A DNA stretch of 64,000 nucleotides from Harriotta raleighana (lineage: Eukaryota): NCBI GenBank assembly GCA_050575255.1, contig JBNZDD010013696.1:6455672-6519671 (forward strand), written 5' to 3'. Positions 38,784 through 49,060 of the stretch are shown piece by piece (the stretch's first letter is position 1; each line of letters begins with the position of its first letter). Both the position numbers and the translations under genes were made by a program. Below the pieces are notes generated by a model. That model was given only the letters and a program-made list of their open reading frames with translations, ran no database searches and was not told the origin of the DNA.

Positions 38784-38984
38784 TGCTCAGTTACTTGTGG
38801 AAGTGGCTATCAACAAAGGCTTGTTTCCTGCAGTGAAGTTTATAACGGTAAAGACCTGTATGAATACAGCTATCATCATCAGACAATAACAAACTGTCCA
38901 GGGACCCAACCACCAAACATCCGTGCCTGCTCCATTGGTGAATGCCCTGTTTCTGCCTTGTGGAGAGTTGGAAACTGGGGAAGA
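38784..38984 (+). CDS. ADAMTS9: ADAMTS9-like exon, TSR module ([67 protein letters not shown])
   Basis: tccatAG acceptor and AGA|GTGAGT donor; 201 nt, phase 0-0; RLVSCSE.Y.GK..YEYSY and CPGTQPP match ADAMTS9 as recalled. Confidence 0.94.
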
Positions 38985-39564
38985 GTGAGTTCAATCTGAA
39001 ATATGTTTAAACTCTATGTCTTGATGCTTTTCTTTAAGACTCAGTAATTAACATTCCATTTAATTTGACTACTTCAGTCATGTTGATGCTTCATATCTAG
39101 ATTGTAGAACAATTATTATTTGAATCACAATAGAAACCAGAGTTTTAACTCACTGAACAAATGTGCCAATAAAATAAGTGTTATTGCATTACATACCTGC
39201 TAAGTTAATATTTTCAAAACATTTTGATTAGTGACAACACCAGCAATTTCTCATTTACCCTCCTTATTAATCGTGCAAGAAAATACAAATAATACTAATC
39301 CTAGCATTTGATAGAGTGCATTATTAGGTTACCAAGTCTCAAAGGGCTTCACAGGATACACTGTAATGTAGTTTTGATTGCATGTTTTGTGGGCACAAAT
39401 GCATTTTCAATTCTAACATTTGCAACTAAATGTTAGTACATATTTACTCCCCGCTCCGCAAAGTAATGCGTGTTTATTATTATCTTGGTGCTGCACAGTT
39501 AAATCAATTACCAGTGTGCTGGCCACTATTTGATACCAAATAATAATACTCCTTGCATTTGTAA

Positions 39565-39862
39565 GGAATTGTCTTGCAGCATGAGGCCTGTGTTCGAATC
39601 CAGGCAGATCAGGGCGAAACCTTGGGCAAGTTTCCTTACTCCACATGCCTAATAATAATCCCTCCAAAAAAACTACAATAATAAAATTGGTCATTTCAAT
39701 CCATGACTGTTTGTGGGACGCTGCTGTGCGCAATTGGCTGCCGCGTTTCGCCCACAAATATACAGTCAATTCACTTTACAGTATACTCTGTGAAGCGCTT
39801 TGGGACGTTGATAAGATGTGAAAAGCGCTATATCAAATGCAAGGATTGTTATTATTATTATT
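39565..39862 (+). mobile_element. Young SINE, near full length
   Basis: B box GTGTTCGAATCC, aaaccttgggcaagtttccttactccac, Deu-like 3' block, L2-type tail and (TTA)n. Confidence 0.9.
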
Positions 39863-40043
39863 AAATGCAATCTGTATCTATAGTCTTTAAGTCTTTACGT
39901 TTATTTCCTCCCACTTGTCAGTTGGCTCAAAATCATTCTTGAGCCAAGAGAAACTGACCTAGGATCTATAAAATTATTATTTTAGCACCTCTCCAGTCCA
40001 CTGTGCAAGACATAATAACAAGAGATCATAGTGGTGCTATCAA

Positions 40044-40357
40044 GAGTCCTATAATTCAGTGGTTAGAGCACTCGCCTTACAAATGTGAGACCTGTGTTTC
40101 AAATCCAGGCAGGGCAAAACCTTGGGCAAGTTTCCTTACTCCACATGCCTAATAATAATCCGTCCCAAAAAACCTATAATAAATTGATCATTTCAATCCA
40201 TGACTGTTTATGGGACCTTGTGTGGGCAAATGGCTGCCGCATTTCGCCCACAAATATAGAGTCATTTCACTTTACACTATATTCTGTGAAGTGCTTTGAG
40301 GCATCTAGAAGACGTGAAAAGTGCTATATCAAATGCAAGGATTATTATTATTAGTAT
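40044..40357 (+). mobile_element. Full-length young SINE
   Basis: gagtcctataattcagtggttagagcac head through the gcaaggattattatt tail. Confidence 0.9.
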
Positions 40358-41290
40358 TAAATGGATTGCTGTGTGAAATTTCCTGACTTGAAAGGCACAA
40401 TATCAATGTAAATTATATTGCAGTTATGTCATTGTCAGGCTGCACAAGGTGCGAAAGAGCAACCCAAGGTAACTTTACCTTCAGTTACCAGCAACTCCTA
40501 TCTGGGAAATGGCTCCCTCCACTCAACACCTTTGCATGAGGCCATTACTGTGATCAGAATATCACAAATGCATACATTCAGATAAACTATGTGTGGTTTA
40601 GCACTCTAATCAGTGCCACCTCGCTGTGATATCTTTTATTCTGACCTTTATGGTTTGTTTTAAAGTACAGGACATAAATGAAAACTCATTGACTAAATAA
40701 ATACAAATAATTTTGCTTGTTGTACACTATTCCCATCTTCCACTTTCTAATCCGAGACTATATTTTCAATACTTTTTTTAATGTAGTGCAAAGGAACCAT
40801 GCCGTTCCAACCACAAGATATTTTTCTTCTAAATAATTCAAATGCAATGTTATCAGGTTTTTTCATGCTACCAGAGCAAATTATTTTGACAAAAAATTGA
40901 ATTCCAATTTTTCATTTTCTGCTGTTGAATAATCCTCCTGTCATTATTATTAATTCTGCAGATTCTGTAGCTGCAACAACTTTTCATCAATTAGGACTTG
41001 GAATTTGCTAATAATAATTCGGTGAATAAAATATAATTTCCATGCATTTTCAATTTTAAATCAATTTTTCTAGTTGCAAATTAGAAATCAAAACCTTGCA
41101 TGGGAACAATTAATAAACAACCATTCTATGAAAAGTTTAATTAGTGGCTTTAATAACATTGATGTCAGATTAATGAATCCACTTATCTCAACACAATAAT
41201 GTACTAGATTATTATTTGTGGTGCTTTTCATTTGTGTGCATTTTAACATTAATGCTGTTTAATTTTCTTATTTTTTAATCTCCTATAAAG

Positions 41291-41420
41291 TGTTCATTGA
41301 CTTGTGGAATGGGAGTGATGCAACGCTCAGTACAGTGTTTAACAAATGGTGGACAGTTAAGTAATATGTGCAGTTTGAACATTAAACCAGAAGAGAGGAG
41401 ACCCTGCCAGAGTGGAAAAT
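41291..41420 (+). CDS. ADAMTS9: ADAMTS9-like exon, last TSR ([44 protein letters not shown])
   Basis: Polypyrimidine tract plus ataaAG acceptor, T|GTAAGA donor; 130 nt, phase 0-1. Confidence 0.93.
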
Positions 41421-41576
41421 GTAAGATGTGGATTATTATACCCTTACACACGTCACCATAAAATACTCCCATCTGTTTTCTGTTCATATTAAAGCAATTA
41501 GCAAACACATGGTCTGTTTCTGATTTTGTTTAGAAGTGTTTTCCATACTCTAATGAAAACCATATTTGTTATGTAG

Positions 41577-41671
41577 GTGAGTATCCAAAGAGCTGTAATG
41601 AGATACAAAGATTCAAAGGCTTCATGGAAGATGGTGATCATACTCTTAATATTCAAGGAAAGCAAGTGAAG
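41577..41671 (+). CDS. ADAMTS9: ADAMTS9-like exon, start of GON domain (EYPKSCNEIQRFKGFMEDGDHTLNIQGKQVK)
   Basis: atgtAG acceptor and AAG|GTACGG donor; 95 nt, phase 1-0; keeps frame with both neighbours. Confidence 0.92.
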
Positions 41672-41787
41672 GTACGGTCGTGGACATGTTTAAATACTGT
41701 ATGACAAAAAGAGCAGTCATAAAAAAGTAATTTAGCTTGCTTTGTTTTTTCTATTTTTTGCATCACTTTTTTTTGATGTTGTTGCAG

Positions 41788-41882
41788 ATCTTTTGTGCTG
41801 GCATGCTGTCAGATAACCCCAGAGAGTATGTCACACTGGCAAGTGGAGATGGAGAAAATTTCTCAGAGGTTTACGGCTACAG
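41788..41882 (+). CDS. ADAMTS9: ADAMTS9-like exon, GON domain ([32 protein letters not shown])
   Basis: gttgcAG acceptor and AG|GTACAA donor; 95 nt, phase 0-2; [11 protein letters not shown] motif. Confidence 0.95.
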
Positions 41883-41996
41883 GTACAAAAGGACGGAAGA
41901 ATATTCGTTCAGATACTGTTCGCTTTGTAAATGGGTTTATAATTTAGTAAATGTGTCACTGTTGACATATGTTTCAAAGATTCTGTTTTGATTTAG

Positions 41997-42130
41997 ACTG
42001 AACAATCCTGCAGAGTGTCCATATAATGGAAGTCGACAACACGACTGTCAGTGCAGAAGAGATTACCTGGCAGCTGGCTTCTCCAGCTTCAGGAAAGTAA
42101 GACTGGACATCAACACTATGCAAATAATAA
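41997..42130 (+). CDS. ADAMTS9: ADAMTS9-like exon, GON domain ([44 protein letters not shown])
   Basis: atttAG acceptor and A|GTGAGT donor; 134 nt, phase 2-1; [17 protein letters not shown] motif. Confidence 0.95.
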
Positions 42131-42615
42131 GTGAGTACGACAGAAGTGTCCTTATATGTTCCATTGCCACTTATTTATTCAGCCAAATTAATTATAATGA
42201 TTTGTGATTCACCAAAATATAAATCAAGTAGATTTATATGGTAAACTGGAAATAAACAAGTACATGATTGATTTTGTAAATTTATCCAACATAGCAAAAC
42301 ACAGAAGTTTGTGTTAGTATTTGTTTAAACAAATCTACCCAGCTATATCCCACTGTTTATGACTAAATCTGATCAACATCCCATCTTTTATTTCACTACC
42401 CCTTAATTCTTGTATATTTGATGTTAAAGCAGCACTGGGAAACAAGATGGATTGTTGATTTGCGGTATACAAACAAATTGCACTGTAGTGGATTTAATGT
42501 CATCCTGTATATTTACCATGTTTAAGTCTGCTCTGTTCATTTGATCTGAAACAGATTTGACCAGTGGCAAGAGATACAGTCATGTTTTAATCTACTACTG
42601 CTATTATTGTTATCA

Positions 42616-42830
42616 GTGGAGTCCTGTAGTTTTGTGGTTAGAGCGATTGCCATGCAAGTAATTATTTTCAAATAGTAATAATTTGGTCACTCAATTCACA
42701 ACTGTTTGTGGACACTGCTGCTGTGTTTTTCCCACAAAATATCGTCAATTCAATTTAAAGTATATTCTGTGAAGCACTTTGAGACGTCTCAAAGTGATAA
42801 GGCACTGTATCAAATTAAACTTATTATTAT
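42616..42830 (+). mobile_element. Internally deleted SINE copy
   Basis: gtggagtcctgtag...ggttagagc head joined to the 3' body and tail. Confidence 0.75.
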
Positions 42831-43578
42831 CAGAGTTAATTCAGGTTTTTTTTAAAAAAAAAGCTCAGCAGATTTGCAGAATCTTGTGACCACTTATTAT
42901 TGCTGTGAATTGCTGTGAAACACAATAATAAAAATGAATTCTAGGTCTTTTTCGTCCACTAATTTTCCTGTCTTGTGAATGCAGTGAGTACATTTCTTTG
43001 GGTAGCCTATCGCTGGATATTTGGTCATGATCAAATCATTTATACTGCAGTTGTTTGTGTTTGTCACTGAGTTAGGCATGTTGTCTCAATTTAGCTCATG
43101 ACATATTCATTGGGGTCTAGAAAGGCGTGCACCTCAAAATATTTGTATATTAAGTAAGGAACATTTCCATCTTCCCTACACAGATAATAATTACGCTGCT
43201 GTGGTTGGTTGGATTCACATTGAGTTACATTTTTTCCAAGTGAAGATAACCATGCAGTATCATTTAAACTTGTGTTTATGCATTTCATTCATTTTCAGCT
43301 CTTTGTTTATTTTAATCAGATTTACTATATCAACTAAGATACCTGACCAACAGTCAGCTGTTGATCTTGAAGGAAACTTTTACTGGCTAAAGTGCTCAAA
43401 GAATTGGTGCTGCTTCCATATCTATTTATTAATGACAGTCCTTCCATTAATTAAATGTATTGCAAACAAGACCATTATCCCAAAAGAGAAGACTATTTTA
43501 CTACAACAACAACAACAATATAGCACCATTCATGCAGGATAGCATCCCAGATCACTCAAATCTTTACTTGAGACATTT

Positions 43579-44783
43579 GTGGAGCTCCTGTAGCTCAGTG
43601 GTTAGAGCACTTGCCTCACAAGTATTAGACCTGTTTTTGAATCCAGTCAGATCAGGACGAAACTTTGGTTAAGTTTTCTTACTCCACATACCTAATAATA
43701 ATCCCTCAAAAAAAACACAATAATAAAAATTGGTCATTTCAATCCATGACTCTTTGTGGGATACTGCTGTGCGCAATTGGCTGCTGCATTTCGCCCACAA
43801 ATAATAATCCTTGCATTTGATCTAGTGCTTTTCACATCTTATCGATGTCATCTCTCGGCTGGACTATTACAATGCCCTCCTCTCTAGTCTCCACAATCCA
43901 CAGAATTCATCTTATCCAAAACTCTGCCGTTCACCTGCACCAAACTTCGCTCCCCCATTACCCCAGTCCTTGCCAGACTTCACTGGCTCCCTATCCCAGA
44001 GAGGATTGATTTCAAGATCCTCACCTTTGTCTTTAAATTCGTTCACTCCTCTGCACCCCCCTACCTCTCTGATCTCCTCTCTCCTCAAACCAGCACTTGT
44101 TGCCTTCACTCCACCTGGTCTGGCCTCCTCCATGTCCCCCGAATCCTCCGCTCCACAATGGGCAGCCGTGCCTTCAGGCATTATGCCCCGAGGCTCTGGA
44201 ATTCTCTTCCTCACTCCCTCCACCTCACCTCCTCTTTTTCCAGTTTCAGTCCCAGCTGAAGACCATTCTCTTCGACCGCGCTTTTGGTCACCTTTCTACC
44301 CCTGCCCCTGGCCTTTGGTCACCTTTCTACCCCTGCCCCTGACTCGGTCCCGGGATCCGCTATTGTGAAGCTCTCTGAGACGCCATCCGGCGTGGAGGCC
44401 GCTATATAAATCAAAGTTGTTGTTGTTTGCAGAATATACTGTAAAATGAATTGACTGTTGTTTGTGGGCTAAATGCGGCAGCCAATTGCGCACAGCAGTG
44501 TCCCACAAACAGTCATGGATAGAAATGACAAATATTTATTATTGTGGTTTTTTTGGAAGGATTATTATTAGGCATGTGGAATAAGGAAACTTGCCCAAGG
44601 TTTCACCCTGACCTGCTTGGATTCAAACACAGGTCTCTCGCTTGTAAGGCGAGTGCTATAACCACTGAGCTACAGGAGTTNCACAGTCAATTCACTTTAT
44701 ATTATATTCTGTGAAGCGCTTTGAGATGTCGATAAGATGTGAAAAGCGCTATATCAAATGCAAGGATTATGATTATTATTATC
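43579..44783. mobile_element. Nested cluster: SINE(+) 43579-43800 and 44682-44783 > SINE(-) 43801-44680 > L2(+) about 43850-44428
   Basis: Each outer element resumes at about the point where it was interrupted; N at 44681. Confidence 0.8.
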
Positions 44784-45659
44784 ATCAAGCATTATTCTCA
44801 AATTGTATGATTCCATGGTGAGTTACATTTCCAAGCACTGGTATGGTTCAGAGTATGTCTTCATATTCAGAATATTAATTTAGCCATTGTGAGCAGCATG
44901 TGTAACACTGTAGATGACCTTGTTTGGAATAATTTCTTGTTGGAGGAACAAAGGTTTCCATCTGTTGGTCTGCAGATGAAGCTTTTTGATTTATGGTAGA
45001 AATGGCCAGAGTTGAGATAAAGAGGTGCACAGGATCAACTTTGAAATGGCTTAACTATCTCATACAAGCTTTTTGAGCTACATTGACTTTCATGTTGAAA
45101 ATAAGATAAGGGCATGCATGCAACTCTCAAAAGGATTAAAGTTTTAACATGAAGCAGCGTTGACCCATGTTCCATTGAGGGAAATGAGATGTTTTAGCCA
45201 AATAATGTATTCCAGGCCTTGGTCAATGAAAGCCAGGCTTTATAAACCTGAATATCTGCAGCTCAGAGGAAGAGTCTGAAGTGCTAAACAAAATCACTTC
45301 AAAAACAGTGGCAATGGAAATTTCTCCTTTTTTCAAACCAGAGAAAGTTCCCAAAGTAATGAGAGAGGGACAGGTACATAAGTCAAAGTTTATATTCTGT
45401 GACATCTTAACTTGACAGAAGGATTTGAAACGAATAAGATGGCTGAACTTTTGCATTTGACTGAATATTCAACCTAGCATTATGCTTTTAAGTCAGATAG
45501 TTAAAGAGCTACGTTTCTGCAGGGAATAATGGAAAATTAGTTATGGACCAATAAGGTACTGTGATATGATTTTTAACATTAGCTTTTGGGGAGATTCATT
45601 CGAACAGTTTCATCTGGTGTATTTGTTGTAGACTTCACTTTGTGTAAGTCTGTACTGTA

Positions 45660-46296
45660 GAGGTATCCCCCTGATTTGAGACGGGGTTGCACTCCTGAAA
45701 AATGTCACGCAAATCGAAATGAGATGTTGTGAATCGAAACAAGGTTTTCCGTGCGGTCTCATTATGCAACCCGAGATGCGTTCTTTTCACAACATTTTGG
45801 ACCTTAAACCCACTAAATAACACAAAACACACTGTAGTGTGAATGAATGCACCTTTGATTCCCTCTCTCTTTAGTATCTCTGTCTGTGTATGTGTGTGTG
45901 TCTCTCTCTCTCAGTATGTCTCTGTCTCTGACAGTCTCTACAATGTCATTGTGCTGCAGTTGTAGTATGAGTGAATGAGTGAGAGAGAGACAGACAGGCA
46001 GGCAGGAAGACACACAGATATTGGCCAGTTTAAATACTTGGATACACTATATCAGGTGCGACCATGATTTTACTGTGAAATACACTATGTAATGCATATG
46101 GACAAAAAAGAGGCACCAAATACGACTGCGATTTTACTGCGAAATACACTGTACTGCACATGTGCAAAAAAGATGCGACAAATTTTTTGGTCGTTAAAAC
46201 AATACCAAATGTCGTAAATCAATAAAAAGGTGTTTAAAAATTGTTTGTTAAATCAAAATGATGTAAATAGAAGCAACATAAATCAGGGAATACCTA
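45660..46296. mobile_element. Tigger-like element, CAGGTATCCC family copy 2
   Basis: Colinear with 31354-31974; TA flanks. Confidence 0.85.
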
Positions 46297-46298
46297 TA

Positions 46299-47432
46299 CA
46301 GTTAACCTTTGTCGAACGTGGGGTTTATGTTCCTGGAAAACTGCGCACTCAACAAAATTTCGTTGGAGAAGCTTAAGAAGTAATGGGAAAAGGGGGGTTA
46401 GGGGAATCCAGTCGCAGGCTACCCACCTCAAGCCTCCAGCACATCCGATGCAAGGAACCTACTGAGTCGAGCTACAACTGGCTGGCCCGCTCCTTGCTCC
46501 ACCCTCCTCTCCCCGCACTTGTTGCTCCCCATCCCCCCCCACCACATTCTTCCTGCTCTCGTCTCTCCTACCACCCAAGAAGTGGGCAAATCAGGGCAGC
46601 CCGTGAGGGAGCCAGAGAGAAATCGGGGAGAGCGGCAGGTGGGCGGGAGGGGAGTGAACAGAGAAACACTCAGAGGAGTGGGGGGACTCGCTGAGGTGTG
46701 GAGCAGCGAGCCGATCGGAGGCGCGGGGGAACTCGCTGAGGTGCGGGGGAGAGAGACGATCGGGGGTAAGGGGGACTTGCTGAGGTGTGGGGCAGCGAGC
46801 CGATCAGGGGCGTGGGGGGGACTCGCTGACGTGCGGGGGAGAGAACCGATTGGGGGCGCGGGGGTACTCACTGAGGTACAGGGCAGTGAGCCGATTGGAG
46901 GTGGGGTGGAAGGTGGGACTCGCTGAGGTGTGGGGAGGCGAGCCGCTCGGAGGGCTGAGTCCTGGGGACACAGAAAGGTTACAGCGGCTTTGATATCGCT
47001 TTATTGCTATAATAAAGTGATAACAAAGCAGTAGAGCAATAAAAAAAGCAATAAAACAACAGGGTAGATTAGCCTACATTACTGTATGATTCCTGTCTCT
47101 CTCTCTCTGTCTCTTCTGTTTACAATGCAATAAAATTCTCCGAGGCTGAAGCGTTATTCTATTTACCCAGAAAGCATTGCGCGCGGGGCTTTGGCTTTCG
47201 TCGGGATCTGCCGGCTTCATCAAAAATGCGCATGTGCGCGGGACCAGCCAGCCGAGGAATCATCGGATTTAGTCAAGAGCTATCGGCGTCTTTACCCGTG
47301 CGCATGTGCGCGAGGGCCAGCCAGCACATATACACAAGTTTTACGCGCTCTGCACGAAAAAGTGATGCTTTTGTTTCATCGCATAAACTTGAATTCACAA
47401 TCGATAAAGTCACTTTCGACGAGGGTTAACTA
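46299..47432 (-). mobile_element. CAGTTAACC-TIR element, inverted relative to 20911-21616, with an internal GC-rich tandem array of about 40-bp units (about 46678-46945)
   Basis: Starts with the reverse complement of the right end of 20911-21616 and ends gacgagggttaact; repeat unit about ggggactcgctgaggtgtggggcagcgagccgatcggg. Confidence 0.88.
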
Positions 47433-47489
47433 TTTCAGTTGTTGTACATATGTCACATAAAAACCATACCAAATCTGTTATCTGTTACC

Positions 47490-49060
47490 ATTTCAACAAC
47501 AAATATATTTGTAAAGCGCCGTTCACATTGAGAGGACAGTCACAAGACACTAGACAGTCAAAGATTTGGACCCAAGCAGAAGATTGGTGGGTGGCTGGGA
47601 GGATAGAGGTAGGAGAGTGCCAAAGGCATGGTCAAAGAGGAGGGTCTTGAGGCGTGCTTTGAAGGAGGCAAGTGAGGGAGCAAGGTGAAGGGTTTGTGGG
47701 ATGGAGCTCCAAAGGTGGGGACAGAGAGGTTGAAGGCCCTACCACTGATGGTGGGGGACATGGAGCAAACCAGAGTCTGCTGAATGGAGGAACCAGATAG
47801 GTTGATATCGTGTTAGCGGGTCAGAGAGGAAGAAAGGCACAAAGCCATGGAGTGCTTTGAAGGTGAAGATGAGGATTTTTAACGCTTTTGTGAATGGGGA
47901 GCCAGTGGAGCTAGGTTGAGAGGGTCACAAAGCCTGGTGATCTGGATGATCTGCAGCTTGTGAAGGGAAGAGTTGGGAAGGCCAACAAGCAGGGAGCTGG
48001 CATAGTCAAGCCTAGAAGTAGTAAATGTGATTGAGTGGACAGGAAGCTGCAAAGCCAAGCAATGTTGTGGAGGTGTGAGAAGGCAGAATCGGTCATTGCA
48101 TGGTTGTAGGGTAAAAAGGACAGTTATGGGTCAAACTAGAAGCCAAGGTTCTTGACTGAAAATAGGAAAGGAGGGGGCGAGGAAGTGAGAAAGGGAGCTC
48201 CAGAGCCTTGGGCATAGTGGCTGAAGGATTCGGGGGACAAGGAGGAGGCCAGACCCAATAGTGCGAAGGCAACGGGTGCTGTTGTGAGGAGAGAGGAGGT
48301 CAGTGAGGTAGGTGGGTGCAGAGGAGTGGAGGGATTTGAATACAAGAGTGAGGATCTTAAAATCGATTCGCTCCGAGACAGGGAGCCAGTGAAGTCTGGC
48401 AAAGACTGGGGTAATCGGGGAGCGAAGTTTGGTTGGGGTGAGAATGTGGGCAGTGGAATTTTGAATACCCCTTCCTTAGGCAGATCCTTACCCTTCGCAA
48501 CTCCCCCCACTCTCCACAGGCTCCCTTGGAGCCTAAAACCCTTCCTATCTTCATCCACCATTCACCCACTCACATTTCCATGACCTCATCCTGGACAAGA
48601 ACATCAACATTCTTGGGCTTACAGAAACCTGGCTGTTCCCCATGACCCTATCAAAGGCTCCAAAAGATCAAAGCCTACCCTCCTGGCTATACGTTTCACC
48701 ACCAGCCACAGTGATCCAAATGCAGCTATCAAGCTGCTAAATGATTTCTCTGCAACCCTCAACTCCCTTGCCCCACTGAAATCCAGGTCTGTCTCCAAAT
48801 CTACCCGCTTCCCCTGGTATAACAATTATTTCTGCTCAAAACAAAAATCCAGATGCTTAACCGAAGGTACCTGTAGTACCAATGGCCTCTGGCCTCACAA
48901 TCTCCTGCTGGCTGTGGCTCCAGGATCTCTGCAACTATTATCACTCTCTCTTCAGGCCTTTTACTTCAAACCCATTTTGGAGGCCCAAAACAACCCAAAG
49001 AAACTGTTCTCCATCATTCATCACCTCTTCTGCGACTCGCCCCAATTTGCTTCCATCCTC
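47490..49060. mobile_element. Cluster of L2 fragments (minus 47490-48470, plus 48470-49060)
   Basis: Minus strand SAFSHLHNIAWLCSFLS and sequence homologous to 43920-44200; plus strand cttacagaaacctggctg (LTETWL endonuclease motif). Confidence 0.75.

Noticed and set aside
43579-43650. tRNA-like sequences with A/B boxes (also 11740-11811, 40044, 61820)
   Set aside because: These are SINE heads followed by SINE body; no complete cloverleaf.
46678-46945. Regularly spaced repeats suggestive of a CRISPR array
   Set aside because: Tandem degenerate units without unique spacers, inside a DNA transposon in a vertebrate intron; no cas genes.
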